A DNA stretch of 64,000 nt from the human T2T-CHM13v2.0 reference genome, Homo sapiens (GCF_009914755.1 NC_060940.1); one strand, 5' to 3'; positions 45,791 through 60,120 are shown, numbered from the stretch's first letter. Translations and numbers: made by a program. Notes: generated from the sequence alone by a model not told the origin.

Positions 45791-47009
45791 TTATGCTAAC
45801 GCTGGAAGAACATGAACAAGTTGGCTAGCCTTTCTCAGCCTCAACCTCCTCCGCCATTATAATGAGGATTTTGTGAATTCATTAACGAAGGGTTTAAGTT
45901 CTATTCTTAAAAGTGGACTTATCAAGTTGATTTATGAGGAGCCAAAAAAAAGAAAAGTAGATTTAAAAGCTGTCCCTAGCATGTGGCTCAGAAGACTTTT
46001 TCCAGAATGGATGCTAAAAGGAAAAAAAAAAACAAAACATCTATAATAATACTTATGGTAAAAGCAGTAACAGCCACCATCTGCTGTGTGACTACTTGCT
46101 TGGCCCTATACTGAAAACTATATATGCATATTCTCATTTAATATTCACAACTCTAAGGTAGGCATTATTACCCATATTTACAGACCATTAAAATAACTAA
46201 GGCACAGACAGACCAAGTGTTTCCCCAAGTCCCTCTGCTAGCATAAGGTAGAAATGAAACCAAACCAGGGTCTGGCCTCAAAACCAATGTTTCCTTCCAA
46301 AAACCAAGTTAACTGGAAAGATTATGCAACCAGGAAAAATGAGCAATAAGAAAGCTAATATTTAAATACAGAAAAATATTCCTAATTGTTCTCCTCTGTA
46401 TTAAAGTGAAAAAATAAATATGGAAAAATATGTATGGCCTAAAATCATATGTAAAATAATAGCATGTGTATACCATGACTACAAGCATAGAAAGACAAAT
46501 ATGTGAAGACAAAGACTGAACAAGATTATGCAAAGGCAAAAACTGTTTAGGTGGATATGAATGATCTGCGATTACTTTTGTCCTCAAAAGAAAGAAAATA
46601 GCAGGACCATGGTCATGGAAGTCAGCATCTGCTAAGGAGTGTACCACAACTCATTTGCCTAAAAAGGTTGGGGTGAGGGAAAGAACCTGTTAAGGCTATT
46701 TCTCCATAAAAACGATTTTACTCAAATTTAAATGTTTCAAGGTATTTTAGTGGATGGCGGAAGTGTTTTTCAAAAATTACACCGTAATCAAAGTGGAAGG
46801 AATCAGCACAAAACAGATTCTGCTTCATGCAGCAGCACTTCCAATGCAAACCTAAGAGAGCTTTATCAAGTTCTCTATGGAAGAGGGTAGCTTGATTACA
46901 AAACCTGTGACCCTGGCAGCGATACGCACCAATGCCCACAGAGCTGTGTAGACAACTCTGGTGCATTTACTGACTTAGAAGGAATGAAGACATGGTTGGC
47001 ATATTTGTA

Positions 47010-47307
47010 ATTTTTTTTTTTTTTTTTTGGAGACAGGGTCTTGCTCTGTCGCCCAGGCTGGAGTACAGTGATGCAATCATGGCTCACTGCAGCCTCAACC
47101 TCCTGGACTCAAGCCATTCTCCCACTTCAACCCTCCCAAGTAGCTGGGACTACAGGCAGGAGCCACCATGCCCAGATATATATATATTAGAGATGGGGTC
47201 TCACTATGTTGCCAACACAGGTCTCAAATTCCTAAGCTCAAGTGATCCTCTCACCTCGGCCCCCCAAAGTGCTGGGATTTACAGGCCTAAGCCACCATGC
47301 CCAGCCC
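47010..47307 (-). mobile_element. AluJ
   Basis: Reverse Alu with T tail. Confidence 0.87.
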
Positions 47308-47385
47308 TGTAATAAACTTTCGTGCAAAGCTTTTTAATTATTGAAACTTCATGTTTTTCCTATCAGTTGTATATTTACTAACTTA

Positions 47386-47560
47386 AGAGTTTTCCAACCT
47401 CAGCACTACTGGCATCTGGGGCTAGATCATTCTTTGGTCTGCTGTGTACCGCGGGGTGTTTAGCAGCATCCCTGGCCTCCACTCACTAGATGCCAATAGC
47501 ACTTCTCCAGTCGCGTTAACCTAAATTTCTCCAGACACTGACAAATATCCCCTGCAGGAC
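47386..47560 (+). mobile_element. MER20
   Basis: caacctcagcactactggcatctggggctagatcattcttt...tagatgccaatagcac. Confidence 0.75.
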
Positions 47561-49365
47561 AAACCACAGCTCTAACTGCAGCCTTGGCCAGTAAAATGGG
47601 GGAAAACTCTATTCAAGGAGCCCCTGGAGGAGAAAATAAGATCACAGGAGTTGTAAGTGACCCTCCCAAGTCCCACCTTTCTATAGGTAGTATACAAGGA
47701 ATACATGAAAAGATTTGCATGAAGATATGCAATCTGTTAAGAGTTTGGGAGGAAACAGAAGACTGGCCTCAATTCACACTCTCTGATACATCCTCATCCT
47801 GAAGAACTTTTCATCATCACGTATGTACAGATCTATATTTGAAACTATATATCATGTGCATGAGAAAGATATGGTCCCTTAATTTTACTGCAGAGCAATC
47901 AAAGCTAACTCAGAATTGCTGTAGTCACATAATCTCATTCTGTGCACTTTTTTCCCCATTGGTCCAGGCAAAGAGAAGTGAACATGAGAGGAGATGAAGG
48001 AAGATGAGGCTGCTCAAGTGCAGCAGGAAGGAACAGCCTCAGCAGGCGGGGGGGCAATGTCCACATCTTCCCTCATTTATCCTCAGAGGAAGCTATTCCT
48101 TTTTTAAAGTCAAGGACATCAGCGGTCAGAGAAGGTGAAGGATCCACTCAAGGTCACAGAGTAAGTGGCAGGGCCAAGACTCCAAACCAGGGGAAGAAGG
48201 AAGTGGACAGAATTGGTGAGAACGACCAAGAAAGCAAAGCTAGGACAATGACCGTGCACCTAGATTTGGAATTCTAGGGTTCTGGTAGGGGTTCATGTCC
48301 CCACTCTGCTCACTGGCGATGCAACCCCTGGCAAGCTTCCTTGTTTGTAAGCAAGAGACAGACTAGTCTGATCTCGTGAGGTGAGTGATCACTATTGCAG
48401 CCAGTTTAGGAGTTAAGGTAACAATTTGGGGGAACTATGCTGAGAAATAAACCACACACACTCCTTCAAACTTTTTTCTACATCCAGACTATTAAAGGAG
48501 TTGTTGCAGGAACTAGTCCCTGGGCTTTGTTCTTTAGAAGTAATAAGACAGAAAATTACATTAAAAGAAAGTATATGGGGAAAAAAACCCCACAAGCCTC
48601 AGGTGGCTACTAAACCTAAGACACAGGGCAGGAGAGCCCCACAGGGGCTGAGCTAAGGAATTCATTTGGTTGCTTCACTGGGCCCTACAGTTTCTCAGAA
48701 CAAATTTTCTCTAGAAAACTGATACGGTCAAGAAAGCAAAACAACTTTCTGGAAGTTTTACTGCTTAACTTGGCATCTTAAGCGCACAAAGACAGTTGAA
48801 CAAAAGCATCAAAATGAATGGTGATTGCATCATCAGCACTGTCCAAATAGTGGGGCAAGATCTAATGACTTCACTTACATTACCATAAAAAGAAAGAAAA
48901 ATACTGTAACAAATGAACATGCAATTTTTTTTTAAAGGGGAACTTTACCAGCTTAAAAGCTTACATAACTCCCTAAGTGCCCCCACAGTCTCAATTTATT
49001 TTGTTATTTCTCAAATACTAAAATCCAACACTTCAAAAAATTTTAAGAGGCAATTCTCAAGAAGTAGGCACCACATTTTAGGTTTTGTTACAAGCAAATG
49101 TCAAGTTAGTTCATATTTTATTCCGCTTAGCCGCATAAAACCTAGGCAACACATGGAAGAAGTAAGCACATATCTCTGGTTTGTATTATCTGACATTCCC
49201 CAACATGGCCCTGAGGAAAACAGAGCCTATCAAAGTATAAACTGAGTTAGCTCAGAACCTGTTTGGATGAAGCCAACAGAAACACAAACAAGCATTTCTT
49301 CTACAGTAAACTGCTGTTGCTAATAAACCATGCTAGCGAGTATTCAACTGTCTAAAATAAATCTA

Positions 49366-49747
<382 letters not shown>

Positions 49748-50501
49748 TCATAAAATCAAATCTCTGAATCATTTCCAAATGTTTCTTTAATCTCCAGATA
49801 CCGCAACATATAAATCTGCTGAGCCACCTCAAATATCTACCTAAAGAATAAAGGTTTGCCACCAAATACAAAGTTCCATTTCCTATGAGCTTATAATGCA
49901 CTCTAGAACTCTATAATTGTTTGTAATCTAAGCAGTATGACAAATGGCTCTCTAATAATTTTTAATCCAAGTAAGATAATGAAAATTTGTAATAATTAGT
50001 GCACTATGAGTACTCCCCAAAACTTCCAGATAGATTTTTCAATTCTAGAGTAACTCTGTAAGAATTTCAGCTTCCACATACTAACAACAGGCTACATAAA
50101 ACAGCTTGGGCTTAGAGACGTCTGACTTCCACAGCCTATCTCCTTGAAATAAAGGAGAAGATGTGGAAATATTTCTCATTAGCCACATCAACCTTTACAG
50201 TAGAGGAAGCTATATGTGTCAATTCACAGGATGTACTCTGCTGGAAAAGCATTTGTGATCATTTAGTGTAAACAGCAGCATTTAGAAACTAAAAGTTCCT
50301 GTTCAGATGCAATTTCCTCTTTCCATCCATCCTTGAAAGTAGTCATCTTTAGAAGAACTACACTCTGAATTTTGAAGCAGATATTAACATAACCGTGGAC
50401 AATAACTAGCAACCAGTAAACTATTTAATAGCCTCTGCAAATATGCCCCGCTTTACCAAATGACTCTTAACCAATGTTGATTCAATGCTAACTACTGCAT
50501 A

Positions 50502-50556
50502 GTCTCCACTATGCAGGCAGAGAGGTCTCCACTATGCAGGCAGAGAGGTCTCCACT
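50502..50556. repeat. 23-bp tandem repeat, 2.4 copies (gtctccactatgcaggcagagag)
   Basis: Exact copies at 50502-50524 and 50525-50547, partial copy to 50556. Confidence 0.92.
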
Positions 50557-50769
50557 CTGCCTTGGCCAACATGAATCCAGTGAGGAAGAAAGCACTCAAT
50601 ATTCCTGTTCCTATGTCCTCTCCTGCAGGCTGCTGCCCACCTCCTGCCACCCCTACAGAAGGACAAGCAGACGTTTCAAGCCCAAAGGCTCCTAACAATC
50701 TCAGCACAAGCACATAACCATGACATTCAGGAAAAATAAAAAAATGAGGGAAACAACCTAGGACTATTT

Positions 50770-50908
50770 TTTTAATGTAATTTTTAAAAACAGAGATAGA
50801 GTCTCACTATGTTGCCCAGGCTGGTCTCAAACTCTTGGCCTCTAGTGATCCTCCCACCTCAGCCTCCTCAGTACTGAGGACTACAGTTGCAAATCACCAC
50901 ACCTGGCC
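50770..50908 (-). mobile_element. FLAM
   Basis: Single reverse Alu arm about 50 nt downstream of exon 6. Confidence 0.75.
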
Positions 50909-50957
50909 CCCAATACATTTAAAAAGAAGAATGCCTTGGCTGGCAGGCAGACCATAC

Positions 50958-51035
50958 CACTTTCTCCTGAGGTCGGGGATGGTGGTGGAGTGGCAGCAGT
51001 AACACTGTGTTTGTCCCAGACAGTCTCCAAGATAC
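50958..51035 (-). CDS. XPO6: Exportin-6 coding exon (probable exon 6, 78 nt; GILETVWDKHSVTAATPPPSPTSGES)
   Basis: Acceptor ttcttggtag|GT, donor GTG|gtatgg; translated by hand; phase 1->1. Confidence 0.95.
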
Positions 51036-51169
51036 CTACCAAGAAAGGAGAAACAGAGTTATAAGAGAAATAATGTCCAGCATATAAAAATCATATTTAG
51101 AGAAAGTTTCTTGATACCTCTGATCAAACATGAGTACTTGAACATCCCTTTCTTGACCATGTCCTCCTC

Positions 51170-52190
51170 CAGCTAGCGGCTGTGCCTCTCGACTTCACAG
51201 CTATCTTCTGGCTCTCCACTGCTTCACTGTGGCCTTGTGGTGTGGCCTCTCCCCACTGTTGCCTCCAGCACTGCTCTTTGCCAGAGTCACCTGGTTGCTG
51301 CATGCACTCACTGGTCACTTAATCCCCATCCTCCTTGACCACACTGTGGCATTACAGGCCATTGCCTAAACCCTTCTCTGAGCTGGTAGCACCACTCTTT
51401 CCTGGCTTTTCTCTGGTTTCTTTGAACTCAATTCTATCCCTTTCACTATTACTTCCATCCTCTGCCCATGAGTCATTTAAACACACGTTTCCCCAGGTTC
51501 CCTGACTGACCTGCTTCTCCTCTCATTTCACTCTCACTGCTAGAGTGACTCATCCACTGCTATGGCTTCAATATATTCTGAAGCCTCTCAAGTCTCCTGT
51601 TCTTGGCCCAAACTCACCTTGACTATATACACCAAGCTCTGCCTCACACGATGGGGGCTTCAGAAACAAGGCAAGGCAGTAACAGACCTGCATGTCCACC
51701 TGCTTCCTGGACAATGCTACGTGCATATCCCAAACTCAACTTTTCGTTCCCCACAAACCTGCCACCAATCCTTTTTCGTTCCTCATGCAGGAAACAGGCT
51801 GGAAATCCTGGCTTCTGCTGACCTCATCTAGCCTCACCTGACCCAGGCTTCAGCTCACCCGACAGACGCGGCCTTGCTATGCTCAACTGTCTGCTGTTCC
51901 TTCTACATGTGTCCCTCTCAACCTCTGACCTGCTCTCCTCCTCCCAATTTCAACATCACCTTTCCACCAGACTAAATGCCACCTGTCTGTCGCTCAAAAT
52001 TCCATTCAGCTGTCACCTCCTTCAGGAATTCCTGCACATAAAACATACCTCTATTTAGCTCTTAAAACATCTTTAACTGTTTACTTGTGTCTCCCCACTC
52101 AAGTGTAAATTACCTGAGGGTGGGAACTGTGTTTTCTTCCTCTTTGTACCCGTACAGAACCCGGAACATAAGGTGATCACAAAGGCTTTT
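51170..52190 (+). mobile_element. L2 fragment
   Basis: CT-rich L2 motifs; 3' end cctgagggtgggaactgtgtttt. Confidence 0.6.
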
Positions 52191-52224
52191 GAAAATATCT
52201 TATTCTCAAATTTTTCATATTAAA

Positions 52225-52550
52225 ACCTGAATAAATCTTGAAAGCATTATGTTAAGTGAAAAAGCCAGACACAAAAGATCACATATTGTATGCTTCCATT
52301 TTTATGAGAATTCCAAAAAAGGCAAATCCATAGAGACAGACTAAGTAGATTAGTGAATGCCAGGGATTGGGGGAGAGGAGAATGGGGCGGGGTGGGGGAG
52401 GGTACTGCTAATGGGTATGATGCTTCTTTTTATAGTGATGACAATGTTCTGGAATTAGATAGCGGTGAAGGTTGCACAACCTCAAGAATATACTAAAAGC
52501 CGGTCAATATTGCACTTTAAAATGGTGAGTTTTATCTCAATTTTTAAAAT
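52225..52550 (+). mobile_element. L1MB/MC 3' end
   Basis: gttaagtgaaaaagccagacacaaaag...aatgttctggaattagatag. Confidence 0.75.
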
Positions 52551-52651
52551 ATTTAATATACTGCTGGGCACTGTAGGACACAGAGGTATAAAACATGGTC
52601 CCTAACATTAGAAATTTAACATTTAGTTGGGGTGTCAAAAAATGTGCTTTG

Positions 52652-52957
<306 letters not shown>

Positions 52958-52991
52958 GTGCTTTGAATGAATAAATACTCTGAAGGTTTAG

Positions 52992-53362
<371 letters not shown>

Positions 53363-54199
53363 CCAAGTTTACTTTAAATCAATGGTTCTTTCAGCCAACT
53401 TTAAGTGCCCACCACATGCCAAGCACTAAACTGGAGATATAAAGAAAGTTCCTAGACATCCAAGAAGAAGCCTGGATAAAGGAGTTAGAGATAAAAACTT
53501 CTTTTCACTACAAGATTCCCTCAAGTAGCAAGCCCAGGCTCCCGGCACCCTCAGGGCCTCACGGCCAGGCATTGCATACATGTCTCCCTAGCAAACAGGT
53601 ATCACAGCAGCACACAGCAGCCACCCCAGTCACCCAGGGCACTCCCCTCTCCTCCTACCTTCCTGTCTCATGTTGTGGTTTGCTTTCTGTTTATTCTTAC
53701 CCTTTACACCTTGTCATGAGGCTCTCATCAAACAGAAAAGACAAAATGCTACATACAACTACAACCTAGTGCACAAGGGGCTGGCTCCACACCATGTCTC
53801 ACTTCCTTACCCAGAACGGGAAATTTTCATATCCTCCTACTCCAACTTCTCCTGATCTTCAATTCAAATTATTTTAAATAGAGTGCTTGCCACCCACCTA
53901 ACTTACCATGCAGTGATCGGCACTGTAGGTATACTCCTATGACCTGGACTCTACCTCACTGATCACAGTTACAGTGAAGACCACTTCGTGAAAGACTACG
54001 AGGAAAATAAGGTACAAATCTATTTTGTAGTCCTACTGTGTGCTAGACCCTGGGCTATAGGTGTTGGGAACGCAGCTTCCCATTTTCATGCTATCTCAGA
54101 AACAGCGCAAACAACTGCTCAAAGCTGCTGAGTGCCAAGGCCTGAACTCTGGGTGCCTGCGGGCAGGCCTCTATCTCTGGGCACTACCATACTGCTCAC

Positions 54200-54359
54200 C
54201 TGTCAGTAGCCCAAGCACTGTCTGCACCTGGTCCAGTAGCAGCTTCCGCAACTCCTCCTTCCGAGCCACACTGAGGTCCTCACGGGGACAAGCCAGCTCT
54301 TCTGAAGTTGTCTTCAACATGATCAGCCCAAGGGGGGTTGTCACAGGGGACTGGATCAA
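54200..54359 (-). CDS. XPO6: Exportin-6 coding exon (probable exon 5, 160 nt; LIQSPVTTPLG...VLGLLT)
   Basis: Acceptor cctggcag|TTG, donor CAG|gtgagc; ORF 54171..54443; phase 0->1. Confidence 0.97.
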
Positions 54360-54499
54360 CTGCCAGGAAAAAGCATGTTCTGAGCAGAGTGTTGGACTAA
54401 TAAAGTACAAAGAGGACTCAGTAGCATTAAAGCTGTGAAGCATCTGTGTGTGTTTAATCTTACATGAACATAAATCAACACTTCAGAAACATCACTTAG

Positions 54500-54800
<301 letters not shown>

Positions 54801-55638
54801 GAAATATCACTTAGAGGATATTTAGGTAGCTCTTTTTAACCATTCAAAATACATTCTCATCATATTTTATGGACAAAATTCTAATACCATGAACTTAAAA
54901 ACAGCTAGAAAACAATGGTCTTTTATACCTAACATGACAATTTTTATACATGTCCAGATTCCTAACACAGCCTTTGTTACTTTGTCTAGTAGCCAAGTTT
55001 TGTGTGTGTATGTATATAAATTATATCTGTATTAGTGATTAAGATGTGTAAATCAATTTGTGATGTCTTTTCAATATGCATGTTGTTAAATCAACTTTAC
55101 ACTTCTAAACTTTGCATGCTTCAGAAAAGTTCATGATTAAATATAGCAGAGCAACACCATACATACATGTCATTAAACTAAGATTAGTTAGGATTTTGCA
55201 AATACCCATGTAGCAAATTAAGTTGCTGTTTCTATCACGTGTAATAGTCTCTCTACCATAAGAAAGTTTAACTAAACAAGACAAAAAAAGTACGCCTTCA
55301 ACAGCAAAGCACTACTTACATCTTCCTAATCATTTTTACAAAATTCAAAGCATTACTATTACACTTATTTTTTAATTTCCAGAAATGATAAAAGTAAACA
55401 AGTTGCCACTAAAATTATCTGTTGAGTTAATTGCTACAATCTATAAAAGAGCAGACAATTTGAAAAGCACTTCAAGTTTTTCCTTAATCTTAAATTTAAA
55501 TGTAGTTAATTCCCTGACACACTTTTTTTTTTTTTTTACTTAAGCTAAAAAAATATATAAACTTTAGGGAAGAGCAGAACACTCAGGAACTGCACCCATA
55601 CAGACTTTATATTCTTCACTTCAAGAAATACAGGGTAC

Positions 55639-55932
55639 GGGCTGGGCGTGGTGGCTCATGCCTGTAATCCCAGCACTTTATCACTTGAGGTCAGCAGTTC
55701 GAGACCAACCTGGCCAACATGGTGAAACTCCATCTCTACTAAAAATACAAAAATTAGCCGGGTGTGGTGGCAGGCGCCTATAGTCCCAGCTACTCAGGAG
55801 GCTGAGGCAGGAGGATCACTTGAACCCAGGAGGCAAAGGTTGCAGTGAGCCAAGATCACCCCACTGTATTCCAGCCTGGGCAAGAGAGCAAGACTCTGTC
55901 TCAAAAAAAAAAAAAAAAGAAAAGAAAAAGAA
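55639..55932 (+). mobile_element. AluS with ~20-bp deletion in the left arm
   Basis: cccagcacttt joins directly to atcacttgagg; TSD aagaaatacagggtac. Confidence 0.88.
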
Positions 55933-57341
55933 AGAAATACAGGGTACATTCCTTTCCCTTAGAAATAACTCTCCCTATCACAAAGCAAGGAAAAGCTCAC
56001 CCCTAAAGAACAGGACAAGTACTCAATAATGGGAACTTAAGGTAAATTCAAGTGTCTTCAGAAGCAGCACTAGGTAACCAGCAGCAATGAATGATGTGTT
56101 TAAAATGCTCTCTATAAATTCAGGTCTCTTGAACACTAAAACTTTGTATATTCTCCACAATTTTTATCTTCGTTTTCTACAAATTGGGCCTATTTCTAAC
56201 ACTGACTTAAATTCAGATCATGCAGTGTAGGGAGGACAGGAAATTTCTCTTCACACAATGAAATAGAACTGATCCTTGGTAAGCATCTCTTTCCATTTGG
56301 AGACCTTTGGCTTATCAGTCTATATTCTAAAAGATTCCCATTACTTCCTCCTTTTCCTTTCTTTCTCCTCTACCTCTTTTGTCTCTATTTTCCCCTCCAG
56401 GCTGCATCCTTACTCTCTCAGCTGGAAATGACTCGTAATGCCAAATATCCCATTTGGCAATATACACCCTCCTATAAATATGAAATGCTGTGCTTCCCAG
56501 ATATAAAAATCCCCTACGATATGGAAAATCTATCTGCAAGCTCTCCTTCCTCTCACCATTTAGGGGAAGGGGAGAAGGTCAGGCAAGAAGCCAGATGAAA
56601 AAAGAAAGCTATTCTTTACTTGAAAAAGAGCTTGATAAAATGTGTAATTTTTCCTCTCATTAGCTTTGTACCCAGGAAGCTTTTGATTAAAATAGTGTCT
56701 CCCTTTACCATCTTCACATCTATAATTTAAGCCTGTAACATAGGTAATCTCTGCAATTTAACAGACAATAAGCTCCTGCAGGTTGAAGAACAAGTTCAGG
56801 TTTCTAGCGTGAACTTCTGAAAAGGTTCCATTGTTTTTATTACACGACCCAACAGAAGAAACAGCAATTCTCTCCTATGCTGCTTGCCCCTTAAGTCTCT
56901 AGCCCCAGGTACAATGTGACCACAGGTTCTGCTCAACAGACTTCAGGAATTTGAAGAACAGGTTCTAGAACCATTAGTGTTATGTGTGTGCTGACGTATA
57001 TGCAGGCAGGTGGGAAGGAAAGCGGTCGGTTTCAATTTCGATTACTTCTCCAGGAGCCTAGAAAGGGTATAACCAACCCACCGCACGTAAGGCTGGGTTA
57101 CCAAATCAACCCCTCTCTATCTGGTTATGGTGGTCACCACAATTATAACAAAAACTGCATAGATACCACCCAACAAACTGTCACAGCGTTTAAAAAAAAC
57201 AAAACCATGCACCCCAGACTGCAAACACAACATGAGCCAAAAAAAAACCCTTGAGATGATTTACTCAAAGGATCAAGTGATGGTGAAATGGATTCCAGAA
57301 CCAGTTTGGCATTATTTACCAATACCTGAAGAAAATGTTTA

Positions 57342-57682
57342 CAGTTAGCCCTCCATATCCATGAGTTCTGTATCCAAGGGTTCAAACAACCACAGATAGA
57401 ACATAATCAGGAAAAAGAAGAAAAAATGGCTGCATCTGTAGTAAACATGTATAGTTTTTTCTTATCATTATTTCCTAAACAATACAGTATAACAACTATT
57501 TACAGAGCACTTACCTTCTATTAGGTATTAGAAGTAATCCAGAGATGGTCTAACCTACACAAAAGGATGTGCATAGGTTACGTGCAAACTATGCCTTTTT
57601 ATATCAGGGACTTCGACATCCATGAATTGTGATATCCAAGGAGGTCCTGGAACCAATCCCCCACGGATACAGAGGGATAACT
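57342..57682. mobile_element. MER2 (TcMar-Tigger MITE)
   Basis: Inverted termini cagttagccctccatatccatg ... cacggatacagagggataact. Confidence 0.8.
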
Positions 57683-57910
57683 CCACTATATTATCAGAAA
57701 TGTCAGCAATTGGGCACTGATCATTGAGTACTGATCATTCTTGACAAGGCTTATATGCCATTGTCTAGTTCACAAGAATAAATAAGAAGCAGGACATAAC
57801 ACAACTGGAAAGGATTTCAAAGATCACTTAGTCCAACCCTCTCATTTTACAAAGAAAGAAAGGGAAGCTTACCTAAGTGGCAGGAGGTGCTAAAATCAAA
57901 GGGGACTTTA

Positions 57911-58060
57911 GGCTAGGGGCAGTAGCTCACGCCTATAATCCTAGCACTTTGAGAGGCCATGGCAGGAAAATCACTTGAGGCCAAGAAGTCAAGACCAGCC
58001 TAGGCAACATAGTGAGACTCTATCTCTATTTATTAAAATAAAAGAAAAGAAAAAGAAGAC
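57911..58060 (+). mobile_element. FLAM/Alu left monomer
   Basis: Single arm; TSD gacttta. Confidence 0.78.
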
Positions 58061-58619
58061 TTTACACAAAGTTGGGTGCAGAACCCAAACCTGCTGCCTC
58101 ACAGTCTGGCTCCTTCTACTACATGGTGTTTCAAAGTCACGAAAGCTACATGAGGTTAAAGGAGTCAATACTGAAGGGGTTGAAAGCGGGAGGTGGTGGA
58201 GAACAGTGGACAATTAGCCTTTTTAAACCTCCAGAAGCCCTTCACCTAAAAGTGCTCTCTTCCAAATCCATCTTTTGTTACAAATAATTATACTTCAAAT
58301 GTAGCCAGGAAACGTTCTGTTCTTCATCAAAGGGACCAATCCCAGCGGTGGAACTGTGGCTCCACCTTACCTGCTATCATCAGGCCTGTGACTCTCCGTC
58401 TCAAGGTCCCTCTCTTCTTGTCACAGGACGCACCACTAACCAACCCAGGAATAGGTTCACTTAGACTCCCAACCCTCTTGGTCTTTCCTGTCTCCAGTGG
58501 GCTTCCCTGACGCCCACTTAAGAGAGCCTTGGAGAGGGTTACCATAACCGTCCTCAACTTGGATTGAAGGCAAGTGTATTGGACAGAACGCCAGGGAAGT
58601 GTCTCCCACCTCGTGTCCC

Positions 58620-60120
58620 CCCAGTCCAGGCCTACTGGCCTGCTTGCCATTCCTCAGGTCCTGTGCACTTCCTATTCTCTCTGCCCAAAATACTGTTCCC
58701 CTAGATACCCACGTGGTGCACGCCATCACCCCCACTCAGGTTTCTGCTCAAATGTCTGTCCCCAGAAAAGCCTTCTACGAGCATCCCATCTAAACACAAC
58801 CCCCGCTAGTTTCTTTCCCCTTCCCTGGATTGAGTTCTCATCATACTTATAAATACCTCCAAGTGTGTACCTGTTTATTGTTCGTTGATGCCCTCATCCC
58901 CGCCCTGAGATCATAAATTCCAGGAAGGCAGGGACTTGGTCTTTGTTCATTACTATATCCCCTCATGTGCTTAGTGTTCAACAAATAGTTTACTTGAATA
59001 AAGGCATGAATCTCCTTTGCAGTAACAACCCAATAAATCTCTAGATAAATGAAGCACTGTACAAAACAAAACTAAATGAAGAATTTTTGTGCCCCTTTGA
59101 GAGACAATCTGAGAGAAGCACTTTGGATGCTGAATTCTTTTTGAATTGCTGCATCATTAAAATGGTTTGTATGAAGAGCAGGCAGAACATTAGAAAATGA
59201 TATTGTTCTGGAAAATCCTACAGTCACTGAGACTATAAACAATTTTCAAAGAACTTTATTTCTATAAACTGTATATAATACCCACTTCCTGCATACCCAA
59301 GACTAGCTCAATACATGAAAATGTTTCCAACTTGATCACAGGATTCAAATGAGCAACAGCATCTCCCTCGTAGCTTTTAGGTCCCAGTTACTCCCTTCTG
59401 ACTTCCAAATCCTGATCCCAGATCCACACTTCCTAATGTCTCATTAGTTATTACAAAGAAGGAACACACAAATTTTAAATGCATTTTCTATCAAACTGAA
59501 TTCACCATCTTCTGCCCAAATTCATTCCCCTTCTTTCAACCCTGGCCTGAAAAATCTATCTGAGCCAGAAAACTGGAAGTCATTCTAGATTCCTCCCTTC
59601 TCTCCCCTCTCACCTATTGTCACTGGCCTCCTGCCCCCATCCCCTGGGTGCCTCACCTCCACCCACCAGGTCGTCTCCTTTTGGCTCAGATCCTCTACAC
59701 CCTGCCTCTTTCCCTCTCACCTCGCCCCTCTGCAATCCAGACCCCAGCTAGCCATCATTCCACCATAAACATGTAGCCATGTTTTCTCCCTCCCCAAAAC
59801 TTTTCATTAGCTCCCTAGGAAAAACTACGAATTGCACAATGGAACCCCCCAACCCTTCCTGGCCTGGCCTCTGCCCATCAATCTAGCCCCTTACTCTGCC
59901 ACTTCACCATCTCACATCTCAGCCCAACAACACCAAGTCTACATGCTATGCCACCATAGCACTCTGCATATACTTCCACAATAATTACCATATTGTTGAG
60001 TAATCACTGTTTGCACAGCTATTTCCCCCACTAAACGCCGAAACTACTGAAAGCCTCACCCTTGTACCCCCAACACCTAGTACAGCACCTAACAGGCTTT
60101 CAAATACTGGCTGAACAAAC
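58620..60120 (+). mobile_element. L2 fragments (about 58620-59000 and 59400-60120)
   Basis: L2 3' motifs (ccaggaaggcagggacttggtctttgttca; cacctagtacagcacct). Confidence 0.55.

Noticed and set aside
57318-57338. Recursive-splice-like motif ttttcttcag|gtattg
   Set aside because: The regenerated donor is weak and the intron is only about 6 kb; expected by chance
58360-58375. Strong donor CAG|gtaagg (also TAG|gtaagt at about 5918 and CTG|gtgagt at about 17387)
   Set aside because: No convincing upstream acceptor; isolated consensus donors are common
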